The position numbers were made by a program, and so were the translations under genes. A DNA stretch of 64,000 nucleotides from the NCBI GenBank assembly GCA_905178155.1, contig CAJINV010000017.1, positions 1,534,269 to 1,598,268 on the forward strand, in the 5' to 3' direction. This document shows, piece after piece, positions 12,471 through 25,650 of the stretch. The first letter of the stretch is position 1. The number at the start of each line of letters is the position of its first letter. The notes below the pieces were generated by a model. That model did not search any database. It saw only the letters and a list, made by a program, of their open reading frames with translations, and was not told where the DNA came from. The DNA is from Amoebophrya sp. A120 (lineage: Eukaryota > Protista > Dinoflagellata).

Positions 12471-13837
12471 CGGAAATAATGAACAACCCCCATCGGACAG
12501 ACAGTTTTAGCTCTCAAAGGTATGCTGTTGCATCAAATCAAAATGAGAAAAAGCGCATGAATTCCAGACAGCGATTTATACGACAGTTATGGCGAGGTCG
12601 AGGACACCGACTTATTGAAAGAACCTCCCATAAAGATAAACGCGAAGCTACAATACCCGCAGGAATTTATGACGAGCATCCTCGTGCAACTGAAACCGTA
12701 CGAACGTAATTGGACTTCCGCCACGGTACACGACGCGGGCGTTCAAATGAAGAATCAGATGAGTCTCTCTGTCTCTCTCTCTCTCTGGTGAGGGAGACGC
12801 ACGGACAACCTCGATCGGCGGGTTCTCTTGTTCGTATCTACTCGTCGCCGTGCTTCATCTCAGAAAGGCACGTCTAAATCATTTACCCCTCTGGTCATCC
12901 TGACTGCCCCAGGCCCCACGAGGCGGCGATCTGAAACAGGTCGGTCGTGTCTTTTATTCGTCATGTCGAAAATACAAATTTTTTTGCCTTCCTCGTCGTG
13001 AAGTAGCCAGACATTGAGGACCAGCACAAACCATGTCGGTACCTGATCTTGTTTGCTGATGGAAACTGAAGGTAGTCAAGTTTGAGAATCCAAAGGGCGT
13101 GCGTGTCCCGAAGGCGGGTTGGCCGCACGGCACTGGTGTTTGCGTTTGGTATGAAAGAATCATTGGAATGCGATTACTTCTACACAGTTGGGTAAATCAT
13201 TCACACATTCCGTGACAAGAAAAATGAGGAAAATCAGTGAGCTTCGTATTTTTTTTTAGGAGTATGTTTCTTGATGTTCCGGCTGCAAATGTTGGTGCTA
13301 CCATTGCTAAATTACATTAGCCCATGCCCAGTAAGATAATTGCAAAGGGGGTGGATCACGAAGACCGAGATCATTCAACAGTAAGGTTTGATAGTTCTTT
13401 TATTGCTACAGTACACGCTTCCTATGAAGAGCAAGAGCAGGATGAATTCAAATCATTCAATGATCATACAGATAGCTGGAAGAGAAAGAGAGCAGTGAGA
13501 GGAAGCCTAAGCAGCTCCGGTGGTACTGACACAAACTACATTCGACCGCACGGCGGAATGATTGCACTGTTTCAATCTGCTCTTCGCGAACTACCGCTAT
13601 TACCTTCCAGGTTTCATTCCCCGCCTTTTATTTCCCCATGAGATTTGGTCTGCAAAAAACACCTATACCCAACGCATTTTTCTTTTACGATTCTGCTTCA
13701 AGAACAAAACATCACCCAATAGTGTCATTGCCGCACCCACGACGATTGCTAGCCGACCTGCGCAATTAGTACCATTGTTCCTCCCACTCAAGAGTATTCA
13801 TTTCTTTTTCAGCAGATACCGATTTATATTTGGAATC

Positions 13838-15216
13838 ATGCCCGGCGAGCACGGTCCGGGGATTTGCAGTTGCCAGGACGAGCACAACGCCCTGGGGTTG
13901 ACGGCCAAATGGCTGAACCCCCACATCGCGCTGGACCAGGCCACGGCACTGAACGTGGACTCGGGCGACATCAAGCGGGTTTTGAAAAAATCCTACGACA
14001 ACCGGCTCCGGGATGAGCTCGGCTGCGTCACGACCCCGGACGACGACAACGAAATGCTGGTGTTCATCCCGTTCTCCAGTCCCGTCATGCTGCAATCCGT
14101 CTACATCATCGGCGGCGAAGGGTCCCAACACCCGCGGAAGGCGCGGCTGTTCGCGAATCCGCCCAGCAGCTGCACCGGGTTTTCGGAGTTCGCGGACCGG
14201 CAGCCCGAGCAGGCGCTGGACCTCGCGGAAGACCTCTGTGGGGCGGTCGAGTACCCAGTAAGGGCGACCAAGTTCACAAACCTGCAGCAGCTAGTCATAC
14301 ACTTTGAAACGGTATATGAGCTTTCATTTTTATTTTCTACGTAAAGTGCTTGCATTTTGTAAAGTTGCAATTAGTGGCGCCATGGAGTCTGCTCATCATC
14401 ACTGACGCCGGATAGAACGAAGCATCGTCTCGATGAACATAGAAACTCAAATTTACAATTTTGCGGTCGCTGCAGCACCCGCCCAAATAGATTGCCACTT
14501 ACAGCAGGACGGTGCAGGATTTCCGCGCACGGAGAAAGTTGTATTACCAGTTTCTTTGATGAGGCCTTGCCGAAGAAACGCAAACGACTTTCCAGAAAAA
14601 TCAGCGCCGCGTTGCTTCCGAGTCCTGCGTCTCTGGGATGAATACCGAACGCATAAAACTATCTGCGCCGCCCAGAAGTTTCTCATTCTCTGCAAGCTTT
14701 TCTAACGCGCTCTGCCCACGCCCAAGGCCTTCCCGCGCGCGCCCCGTTTCCGCATGCATTCGTGCTACAGCTACTTCTGTGTAAGTATCTATAAAAATAA
14801 CAAATCATCTGTGTAGCAGTAGCTGACAGGGACGTCTTGTGAATATTTAGAGCGGCCTTCATCTACACATTGTTTGATTGAGGCCAGACTCTTAATGAAA
14901 AAGATGAAAAACTGCTCCCCTCCACAAATGATCTCATTTGAGGCTAGAAGATTTATTTACCCACGATTATAGTGCCACGACTTATACATAGATTTTCATC
15001 CTTTTTCCAAATCTCGTACACCACTTTTACTGTCGAAAAACATCATAACTACAGGACGAGACAGCTGAGGAGAAAGAGGTATTTTGGATCGGCCTCAAGG
15101 GCACCCCAACCGACTACAAACGGCAAGCGGTAATCACCGTGTACGAGAGCCAGGCCAACGTCGCGGATCACGAAGCACCCGAGGAAGCGTTCGCTGCCAA
15201 CATGATGCAGCACTGA
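13838..15216 (+). CDS. PITH-domain protein (PITHD1-like), paralog 1; GT-AG intron 14312-15054
   Basis: LNPHIALDQATALN, DDDNEMLVFIPF, HPRKARLFAN, EYPVRATKFTNLQQLVIHF, FWIGLKG, VITVYESQANVADH. Confidence 0.9.
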
Positions 15217-16295
15217 TCACGATAGTGCTTGCCGCTCCTCCTCCTGGAAGGCGTGCTTGGCGAGGACCACGTATTGAACGTGAAGACGGGCGGGCGGCAG
15301 GCGGCGATGCAGCGCGGCGGTATCATGTACTACCGGGTCGTGATGTTCATCCTCTGCTAGCGCTCATTGTGGGGGCCGAGTTGGTCGTGGGAAGAAGGAA
15401 ATGCAAGAAATGCTTGCTCGCCGGAGTTCAACAGTTAACGACAGCCACATCATGTACGGGCGTTGCACATCAACCGGTCGACGTCGCGAATCTCGACGAC
15501 CAGCGGTGGAGGCCGACGCGGTCGAACATGGCAGGATGCGGACGCGGAGTCGGAGTGTACTTGGGTAGCTCGACGGGGACGGAGGCGCCGGGGTTGTTAC
15601 AATGACGGAGCGTTCAACAACAGGGACAGGACGACGAGGAAAAAATCGCTCAGGCCAAGTTGTGCGAAGCTTGCTCAGAAGTAGAGCACACACGCCACCG
15701 TCAGCAGCTTTTGCCAGAAGAAAAAAAAGCGAATGAATGGCGTGGTCATGGTGCTGGTACACAAGCACCACGATAGAATGTCGTCTTTTGTCTTCAAACT
15801 CGCAAGTTTTACTGGCGACACAGAGAAATAACAGAAACAGCATCAAACTGAGTGACAAGTACTGTTGGGCCGCACAAGTAGGATGCGATGCGCCGACGCA
15901 GCACAATCGAAAGACTTTTCAACGCTAGACTCATCTTCGGAGTTTCCATGTTGAGGTACTCCTGATTGAGCTTGACGCAGGCACTCATTTCAATTTACGG
16001 AGGTAGCTTGCTCGTCGGCTGCAGCTCCTACAAAGTGTTCATAGACGTATTCAGAGCCAGAATTTCGTTTGCACCTGAAGAGTAGCGCCGACAATCCTGG
16101 CCTGTGTACGTGTGACTAGGCACGATATCATCTCCTTAGTAACATAAAGAAGATCCACTTGATGCGCACCCTCTTTGCTATTCCTGATTTGAGGTTTTAG
16201 TTCTATGGGCCTGGTGCAGCGGGAAAGCACTTCACAAGCAAAACCCTGTCGGTACTGTTTTGTTTTCCTACCACTACAACTGCAAGGACTACACC

Positions 16296-17317
16296 ATGCC
16301 CCCTCCACCTGCCGTGGAGCACAGCCACGCCGCTTGTAGTTCCTCCGATGAGGAAGGTGAAGCGCTCGGCCTGAATATCACAGGAAAAAGTGTTAACGGT
16401 AACGGAATTTGTGATGCAGTATCGCACCACAAAACGTGCCCAAAATTGTCATGCATAGCATGCATGCTAAGCAAAATTTGTCATGCATATTTGCAATCCA
16501 TGAAAATAACCGTTAACGTTAACACTTTTTTGTTTGATACTGAACACCAAATGGCTCAACCCGCACATTGTGCTGGACCAGGCCACCGCTTTAAACGTGG
16601 AGAGCGGAGACATCAAGCGGGTCTTGCAGAAGCTTTACGACGACCGGCTTTGTGAAGACGAGGGAAAAGCTGTAGTCGCCACACCGGATGATGATAATGA
16701 GATGTTGGTCTTCATCCCCTTCTCTTCCCCCGCGCAGCTGCAATCCATTTTCGTTATCGGTGGGGAGGGGTCCCAGCACCCGCGGAAGGCGCGGCTGTTC
16801 GCGAACCCGCCCAACAGCTGCACCGGGTTTGCCGATTTTGAGGACCGCCAGCCGGAGCAAGTGCTTGACTTGGCGGAAGACGTCCGGGGCGTCGTCGAGT
16901 ACCCGGTAAGGGCGAACAAGTTTGCAAATCTCCAGCAGCTCGTCATTCACTTTGAGACGGTATCTATAACGCTGCGAAGGGTCTTGTTGCGTGTTGTTTT
17001 TCTGTGTCGAAGTTATCGACGATATCATGCGAACACCCATGTGAAAAGATTACAGGTTGGTACGCAGCAGAGCAGGTTTCGTTTCCAATTTAGCGAGACT
17101 AGCTCAACAACTTAAAAAACTTGTGATACGTCGAAAATCACACCACTGAAATCAGGACGACTCCGCCGATGAGAAGAAAGTCCTTTGGATCGGCCCTAAG
17201 GGCACCCCCACCGACTACAAGCGCCAAGCAGTGATCACCGTGTACGAGAGCCAAGCCAACGTCGCAGACCACGAGGCACCCGACGACGCCTATGCGGCGA
17301 ATCTCTTGCAGCACTGA
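16296..17317 (+). CDS. PITH-domain protein, tandem paralog 2; introner E4 plus GT-AG intron 16960-17155
   Basis: Very similar protein to paralog 1. The shared intron lies after HFET in both genes. Confidence 0.88.
16376..16539. mobile_element. Introner E4 (164 bp)
   Basis: TIR tatcacaggaaaaagtgttaacggtaacgg / ccgttaacgttaacacttttttgtttgata. Perfect TSD ctgaa. Removal gives ALGLN-TKWLNPH; the site is empty in paralog 1. Confidence 0.95.
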
Positions 17318-18459
17318 TGCGGGGGACGGCCGCTCTGATCGACTGCAGCGGATAATTTCCTCCATTCAGCAAGTGCAAGCGTAAGAACGTCACTTGGAAA
17401 GATCCGGTCTGAGTCTGAAGGCAGCGTGGGCCAAAACTGCCCTCTTGCACCCTCAGCGAGGAGGAGTTTTCTTTTTCGAAGTCATTCGTTTTAAGTATGA
17501 ATTCGGTTTTGCATATGCATTTAGCCTACTACTTACAGAACTTTTGGAAGACAGAAGGTTTTTGTACGATGATCGGATTTTTCAAAAAAATAAGGACCCG
17601 CTTTCTAAAGCTATTCTGAATATTCTAAACCCAGCAACGACGCCAGATCGTGTTGCGGGCCGAGGTGTCACGACGTCCATGTGTAATTATCAGCAATTTC
17701 TAAAAATGTACAAATTAGTTCGTAGACACGAGTAGAATTGGCGACAGCTTACGAGTCAAATGTGTAAGTGTTGCAGTCCTTCAGGTAAGTTTCTCTATAT
17801 TCAGTTGGTGAAGTTGTATGCTGTTGTTGCGTTACTGTTTTACTAGTGGTTCCTTTGAGACTAAAACTAATCCTTGTGGGAGATGAACTGAAGTCCTTTA
17901 TTGGCCAGCAGAAAAAAATGAGAGCGTTCCTCTGCAAGACGCATTTGTGTCTATTTCAGGAGCCTTTTTCGCGAATGAAAATTTCGTATTTCATATTTGA
18001 TGAAAAATATCATTCTACGTACTTCTGGCATCGCAGAGTTTTAACACCAGTGGTTTCATCGTATTGAACGACGTTTGCACTTTATTGACGGCCGCTCTAA
18101 AAAGTGGAGAAAAGATTCCAAGAGGCGCGCAACTCTTGACGGATGTAGTTTCATCGAAGTTGTGCGCTTATTGGCTGCACAAGCAGGGCCACGGGCCGAA
18201 ACGGTGGTCGATGGTTTGGTGAGGAAGACGAGTTCCGAGGAGACGTCCTTCAGAGCCAGATTGTCTAGCTGTCCTTTTCACCAACTGGGCAGCCACCATG
18301 AGCCACAAGCGAACGGAGGCAGGTTTCTTCATCTTCTGCTTCTCGATTTCGATTTTTCGGATGTAAGGACCTAACACTTCGTGCGCATTGTTCGAATCAT
18401 GTTGTAATTGATCGTTCGAATCATGTTGTAAAAAACCCGTAGTCGTTGGCGCTGGTAAA

Positions 18460-19440
18460 ATGCTTCGGCCCAGCTTGCTGTCTAACCTCTCGTCTCGTCG
18501 ATGCTTGTGCCGCGCACAAGCTCTCGCCGTCGCACTGCGTTTGCTTCTTGTGCTTGCGTTTTCATGGCCGAATCTGAGCAGCTTCGTGGCACTGGCAAGA
18601 ACCACTGCAACACCTAGCACACCGCCAGACAGGCCAGTCCAGGCCGAAGCAGGTGTGGAGAACGACGCAGCAGGTGATGGAGCGGGCCCGCACCCCGACG
18701 CCAAGCTTTCGAAGCCGAAGCAGGCGCCCGGCACGAGCAAGCACCGCCGGAAGAAAAAAGTCGTGAAGAGAAGCTATGTGACGCTGCCGGAGTTGCCGGA
18801 AGCCCTGCTCCCGCACAAAAAGGACCGGTATGGGCTAAGGGAAATGCTGAAAGTGGATCTTCGAGTAGCTGCACACGAAAGCAGCCGAGTAGCGTCAAAA
18901 CAAGTAGATGACGACGCCCCCGTCGCCTCCTGGATGGTCGAACCACGGTCACTTATCTCCTCATCGTCTACTCCGCCGAGCACGGACGGAGGTCTTGTCC
19001 CTCTCTCTACTTGGCAACAAATCATCGATTCCGAGGACGAGGGGCGGTTTCGCGACATTGTGGAGCAGTTCTACGAACGCACCTGCCGTGCTGACGTTTG
19101 GCACGCAATCGATGACAACGAGGACGGAATTTTGTCCCTGGACGAATTCAAACAAATGCTTTCGCAGGCTGAAGAACACTTTGCTGCTGCGATGAAATCT
19201 GAAGCAACAGCAGAACCTGCAATAAATGCGGGCACTACAACTGCCAAGAAAAGCGTCAAGAAATCGTCAAAACCACCTACCTCCGCAGTGTGGGCGTTTT
19301 GCTTTGAAGCGTTACACGCAGCTTTTTGGCGGTTGGAGTTACAGGAGCGGACGGTGTTGGAACCGGATGTGGTCATGAGGGAGCTGAAAACGTTTTTGAG
19401 TAAAAACACCGACTTCCTGGAAGCGAGAAGGCGGGTATGA
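18460..19440 (+). CDS. EF-hand protein with an N-terminal signal or anchor segment
   Basis: 326-aa ORF with hydrophobic LAVALRLLLVLAFSW and EF loop DDNEDGILSLDEF. Confidence 0.7.
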   Translation: MLRPSLLSNLSSRRCLCRAQALAVALRLLLVLAFSWPNLSSFVALARTTATPSTPPDRPVQAEAGVENDAAGDGAGPHPDAKLSKPKQAPGTSKHRRKKKVVKRSYVTLPELPEALLPHKKDRYGLREMLKVDLRVAAHESSRVASKQVDDDAPVASWMVEPRSLISSSSTPPSTDGGLVPLSTWQQIIDSEDEGRFRDIVEQFYERTCRADVWHAIDDNEDGILSLDEFKQMLSQAEEHFAAAMKSEATAEPAINAGTTTAKKSVKKSSKPPTSAVWAFCFEALHAAFWRLELQERTVLEPDVVMRELKTFLSKNTDFLEARRRV

Positions 19441-20688
19441 AAGGGAGCAGAAATAAAGTGATTCCAGTGCTAGTAGTGTTGAAGATGTGATGAAAAGCAT
19501 GACTTAATGAAGTAGAGTTTTGTGATGTGTGTATGCATTTCTGTTGATACAACATGACGAACATCAAGAGCTGCAGGCTCTTGTGGTAGTAAAGCGAGGC
19601 TGAACTTGATGTAGCTCCTGTTGACTTCTGCATCAGGGTAGTAAGTTGTGGTCTGGTGCAGCTGCGACCAAGATCAGCAACTGCATACCAACACAAGTCA
19701 CAAAACCAATATGTGACAAACACCACTGCAAGTCGCAACAAGAAACACTTTTTACCTGGATAGTGTGCATTCGATTCGTTGCCTGGCATCGTGGAAAAGA
19801 TGGAGGCAGCACAGCTGGAGGGAGCGGGCGGCTCCGAGAAAAGTAAGAACGATAAAGAGCAGGAACTGTAGAACCAAAGCACCGAAACATTTTGATGCAT
19901 ACTTTCCTGGAACTACACACTAGTACAGCTTCTATTGTCACAGTACCATTCACACATTGCGGAAGTCCTCGTGCAATTCCGAGCACGTCGCTGCTGAAAT
20001 GGCTGCGTCAAGCTGAAGTGGCTGCGTCCACCTGACAGTGGAGCAATGCTGTTTTTTCATAGCTGTGTCTGGTTTCCAAGACGATGAGAAATGAGATGTG
20101 AGATACACACACCAATCACAGACAAGACCAGCCGACGAGCGCAAAATTTATCCTATTGCTGTGGCTTGATATTGATCTAATCTGTCGTGTGTGTGGCCGT
20201 GTGGAGTTCTTTGTCTCTGAAGAGCGACGCTAGAATGAGCGATCCATGATGTGGCTTGCGCGGGAGGTGCGTTTGCGTAGGACCTCTTCATGCGGCCTAT
20301 AGTGCCAATATTGCGTACATCGCACCTAAAACTTCGGTGCAGTTTGATGATTCATTGTATTACGGCCATTTCCGTTTAAGCCACACCATGCAAAATGACA
20401 TGCAACTGTGGATGAAGAAGTAGGCCAGAGCTCCGAAGCCCTCAAAATCGACACCGCCGCAGCATCACTTGTGGTTGCGCCGGGTTCCACGCGGTTTGCT
20501 CGTTGCCGGCTTATTTCGAGGTCCAGCTAGTAGAACTCCGGTCGTCCAAGGGGGAAAACGAAAACCGCGGTGCTCTTGCGCAGCAGTAAGAATTGTGCGC
20601 CCGGTGCACACTTCTAAGCTTTAGTTATTTCTGGTGATCCACCTCCTCCTCCACGAGAAAGAAACCTTCGCGCGCGTCAACTTCCAAG

Positions 20689-23600
20689 ATGGGAGCGTGT
20701 CACTGCGGTGGTAGTAAGAAAAAGGAACCAGCAGATGATGGGACTGCAGCAACGCTAACGCAGTCAAACGCACCAACACTACCACCGCAAGCAACATCAG
20801 CGACTGCAGCGCAGGAACAAGAAGCTACAAACCTTCTTCCGGGAGAGAACTCAACATCACTCACCGCTCCGGCCGAAGAGGCTGGCGCTTCCACCGTCGG
20901 CCCTGCCGCAAATAAATCTTCAAAGTTCGACGAGGCAAAGCGGTCGACCTCCCGCGAAGAGGATGCTGCGTGGCTGCGAAAATATGGTCCGTCGATGGAG
21001 GCACTGGCGAAGGAGGTGCTCGCCGGTTTGGAGGATACCGAGGGACTACTAGTTTTCATGAATGATTCTACAGACAAAAAAGATGATAAAAACACTTCGA
21101 GCAAGGCCGCCAATAATGATGTTGACAATCAAGCACCAATACCACCGGCAAAAACTTCCAGTAAAACATCAACAAACTCCCTGACCCCGGAGACAGACTA
21201 CCTGGAACTGCTACTGCAGCTTCTGACAGAGGACGCGGACGAAATTTTCTACGCGGTCAGAACCACCGAGGCGCTCGAGGAGGCTGTGGAGAGGTTGACG
21301 CGGATCGGGACACTCTTGATCGACAAGCAGTTCCTGCAAATCGTGAAGTTGAACCGCGTGCTGCGCTTGTCCGAGGCGAAATACAAGATCATCGAACTGG
21401 AAAACTTCCTCGCAAACTACAAGTCCGAGCTCAAGTTCGAACCCATCAGCCCGAATCCGTCGCAGCCAAAGTTGGTAATCATCGCGGAAGAGCAGGAGGT
21501 ATCCCGTGGAAGCGAGGCTGTGCCATCCTTTTCGTGTGTATTTGCGTCCATTGAGAATTGCAATTGCATCAACTCGAGTGGTGGTGTCTTTGTTTTTCAA
21601 TGAATGAGAAAGAGAAAAGAGCTGCCGAGCCCTCCAGCTCGATCTCATCATCAAAGAGGTGCCATTTTTCTCATCGTATGAATAAGTACATTTGCCTTTG
21701 CATGATCTAAAAGTGCAATTCGTACGATATGTGCGACGAGCGATGTTGGCGTTTTTGCAATGCATAAATCGACAGCAGTCCGAACTCGGGCATAAACCCG
21801 AAATCCGAGAAACACGGCCCGACGGAGAAGGAAGACGACGGAGTTTTGCGGGTGCGCACAAGCTATGCAGGGCAAACACCTGGCCTCCGTGTTGTTGTAG
21901 TGTTATTCTAGATTAGAAGCAGGAACGTCTTTGTTGAAATGCAAGCAAACGGGTTTGGATGCGGATGAGTGCGCACCATCGGGAGTTTGAAACTTAATCT
22001 GATCCTGTGAAGAGGAGTCGCGATACACTTTGCCAGAGGTGATATGAGGAACTCCTAGTGCCTTATGCCAAAACAGCGCGCAGCTGAAAGTGAAACCGCA
22101 ATTGATTCAGACTTCACACCCAACAGCATTAATACACAGCCTTGTTGCACTGCATACATGAAAGTTGACTGGCGCGGATCAGGAAGTCGTCGTGACCAAG
22201 GAAATCCGGCCGCCGCAGGGCGCTTACAGCAGCAGCGTAAGTGCGACGGCGAACAAAGCACCAGCTGACGGAACAACTGGCGCTGTCTCACCCTCTTCTG
22301 AGGCGAATACAACAGACGGAGGCGCGACGACCAGTGCTGCTCCTAATGGAGCAGTTCCACCCGCGACCACTTTTCTCGATCCCGCCATTGGAGGGGGCGG
22401 GAGCGGCGGCACGGGCCCGTTGCTGAAGGAACGGACGCTGTCCCGGGACAGTAATCGATCGCAGAACAGCACGGGGAGTCGGGCGAAGGTGCAGGTTCTC
22501 GTCCCGCCCGCGCACGCCGAGATGGCGCAGTGTCTGTGCGACTACTTTCACGAGTGCATGTCGGGCAAATATAAAAAAATCGTCGACTCCATCAACTTTA
22601 CGCTGGAGCGGATGACCGCGGCGCTGGGAGCGCTGTACAAGGAGCAGCGGTTGGCGGACTACGTGCCGTTCCACCTGAAAAAGAAGGACCACGTATGAAT
22701 TGCAAAAGTATCGTACTCGTATAAATGCTTTACAAACTTCTTCAGCATGAGAAAGAAAATTTGTGATGCGGATTTGCCTTAAGAGCAAGATTTGCAATGC
22801 ATGTTTGCAATTACTACGAGCGCGATACTTTTGCACAGGATACCACGTGTACGACGTGGACGTAGATTTCGACATCCGCATCAACTACGCGGCAGACAAG
22901 GGAAAAGTCTATGCGTACTTTGACGCGAGCCCGATTCCGATCCCAATCCAGCACATTGCCAGCCTGGCGCACGAAGTAGATCGTATGATCGGTTTGGAAT
23001 TTCAAAGAGGTCGTCAAGCTCAACTAAGAAAGCTCCACCTCATTTCGTTAATCTAGCGCTACTCCTTGGCTCTTCGCACACATTTGTCTCCTGCTTGCGG
23101 CAACACAAACGACCAAAACAGAGGGAAATCCATCGGTCGGCGTCAACGCCATAGAATTTTTGCTTTCTCACTGGGCGGGTGCGGCGGGAAGATGGAGGTA
23201 GAGCTTGAGTGAGGCTTGCCGGAAGTTTTGAAGTTTTTTGCCTGCATACTTCTCTGGTCAGAGCTTGTTCCCTACGTTCCGAGCATCGACATCGTGAAAC
23301 AGTGGTCCTTCGCAGACAGGGTCCACAAAGTGACCATGGCGCCGCCGATACCGTGGTCCAGAAACATCGAGTGCTACATGCACCGCTCGCTGTGCGATTT
23401 AATGGAACTGGATGCCACAAATTCGGTGCTACAAATCCAGCCAAAACTGTACCAACCGACCTGGATGCCGTCGGATTGTACTGATTTTCATTGTAGTGCA
23501 GTTTGTAGCATCGTGGTGGAAGAACAGACTCTATCGTCGTGAAAGTTGTGCCTTCGAATGAACAATGGCCGAGCAGCTCTGTTGCTACAGAGGTGGTCCT

Positions 23601-25650
23601 GGTCCTCGTGGTTCTTGTTGCAAAACAAGACGATCATATTAGTTCTCCTTTTTAATTAAAAATCCAAATTCACAACCCGTTTACACGACGACACGCGTCT
23701 TCTACAACACAACGACTCTACAAAATCATCCAGGTACCCAGCAGCTGAAGGAGCGGTACCACTACCAGGCCGGCATTGCGATTTTCGAGGCGAGTCCGAA
23801 ACCCTACCCCGCGATCCGTCAGGCGGTCCAGGAAAATCCCGAACGGGACTTCCCCTGGCGCGACATCCGAATCCCGGGCGTCCCGAAGGACAAGCAGAAG
23901 AAAGTCTATCACAGCAAAAAGTGTTAACATTAACGGAATTTGTGATGCAGCAAGCAGCAATGCATCACAAAAGATGCCAAGATTTGTAATGCATAGCATG
24001 CATATTGGGCGACATTTGTGATGCATGTGCAGGTAGATGAGTTGTCGTATAGGATGAATTGCACCCAAATACGTATTAGGAATCCAGCAAAGCTTACATC
24101 GTATCGTATTGCGAAAGCTCGAAAACAGCGAGCAAAGCACTTTACCAGCCAATTTCTTCAAAAGCGAAAATGGCGGACCCTGTGTCGTATTTGCCCAAAA
24201 ACGAAGGCAATAGCTTAGCAGCTGAATTGTCACAAAGCGAAGCAATTCAGCGCAGAAACACAATGCAGCCTATCTCGGTCGATCGGAAATATATTTGCCG
24301 GCAAAAGCCAGTGACAAGCTTTGAAGCAAGAAGACAGCAGTCCACGAAAGTGGAAGTGCCCGACACGCTTCCAGGCGCCTCCGATAGAAGCGGTCGCTCT
24401 ACGTCTACAAGGCCGGTCGGCGGTCGCGCGGAAGGGCTGCGCAGGCGCTTGGCATATGGCGCGACTGGCAGTGTGCGTGCCGACGTGCTCCGCATAGCAG
24501 TAGCACTGCTTTAAACTTAAAGCAAAAGCGAAAATAGGCAGCGCGCGCGCCCTAATTTCGCATCGCGCCAGCATGCGAAAGAGGGCCCGGGGGGGGCGGG
24601 GGGGGTACACAGCCGCCCCCAGGCGTTATCTATGGGCTATGCCAGGCGCGAGGCGTGCCGAAAAATCATAATGTTGGGAGGCTTGCGGCAATTTGCTCGG
24701 AACGCTCCACCGCCACACGCGCAACCATGCCCAGGGCCCAGGAGAGCACTCCTTGGCAGTACCCCCGCAAACTGGCTGCGGTAAAGCGCAGCGCCTGCAG
24801 CTTTTTACCCGTTCCGCCATGCTTTTGCCCTCGAACAAGTGCGCGCGGAAGCCTAGGGCCCCGAGCAATCAAGCCTGCGCGGATCAGGTGATAATCACGT
24901 GAGGAGTCACGTGATAATCACATGATTTTGGCGGCCCATAAGCCATTTTGAGTTGTCTTCATCACGTGATAATCACATGATTATCACGTGATGACGACCC
25001 CGGAAAGGCGACGGCCAAAATTTCAAGATATGACGCTCCCCCCGTCATACGTGGAACCCAAAGCGGCAAAACAGTAACGATTCACGAAGAAAACGGAGCA
25101 AAGACGAAAGTCGAACGTATGAGCTATATTGTGACAATTCAGATCGCGCCAGAAACTACACAACAAAAAGTCAAAAAAGCAACTCAGCATGGAGCAATTC
25201 AGATTACTGCATGCATGCCTGCAATCTGTGAAAGCCGTTAACTTTAACACTTTTTCCTGCGATAAAGTCGCCCGGTTTAACACGGAGTGTTTCTTGATCA
25301 TCGGCACACCGTACTTGATCGCGAACCCCCATTTCGACCCGAAAAAGCCGGCCACGTTCGGGGACGACAACACAAACCCGAAGGCGCTCGAGGCGTTCCG
25401 GGCGCGGGGGATGGTGGAGGTGGACTGGAACCCCTGGGTGCGAACGATGTGCCCCAACGTGCTAGTGCGGTACATCGCGAAGAAAATTTGCAGCCAGTTG
25501 CTAACAAAAATGATGGAGGTGCACAAGAATTTCGACCAGAGCGAGCACAAGCGGCGGCTGGAGCAAGATGCGGAAAGGAGATTCGTTCTCGGTCAGCTAG
25601 CCGACCGGGTACAGGAATATTTAAAGAAGCGCTTCAAGAAGGTGAAATAG
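20689..25650 (+). CDS. Multi-exon protein with an N-myristoylation/palmitoylation-type start and a probable START/SRPBCC lipid-binding domain
   Basis: Starts MGACHCGGSKKK. Approximate exons 20689-21498, 22181-22693, 22848-22982, 23253-23425, 23734-23906, 25270-25650. Segments IASLAHEVDLWSELVPYV, PPIPWSRNIE and GIAIFEASP resemble protist START-like proteins. Some junctions are approximate. Confidence 0.6.
22694..22842. mobile_element. Introner E5 (149 bp)
   Basis: TIR tatgaattgcaaaagtatcgtactcgta / tacgagcgcgatacttttgcacaggata. Perfect TSD ccacg. Removal gives KKDH-VYDVD. Confidence 0.9.
22984..23248. mobile_element. Degenerate introner E6 (265 bp)
   Basis: tatg...cata ends, eroded TIR, eroded TSD gatcg/cttct. 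Removal in the 4|1 register gives HEVD-LWSELVPY. Confidence 0.55.
23907..25264. mobile_element. Introner E7 (E4 family, 168 bp host) carrying a nested insertion
   Basis: TIR tatcacagcaaaaagtgttaacattaacgg / ccgttaactttaacactttttcctgcgata. Perfect TSD aagtc. Removal gives QKKV-ARFNTE. Confidence 0.9.
24028..25211. mobile_element. Non-coding 1184-bp element nested in E7
   Basis: Ends TGCAG...CTGCA flanked by a tgcatg duplication (24022-24027, 25212-25217). Subtracting it leaves a host collinear with E4. Confidence 0.75.

Noticed and set aside
24938-24955. Dinoflagellate spliced-leader relic (agccattttg)
   Set aside because: Only a 10-nt match, lacking GCTCAAG, and located inside a nested element rather than upstream of a gene.
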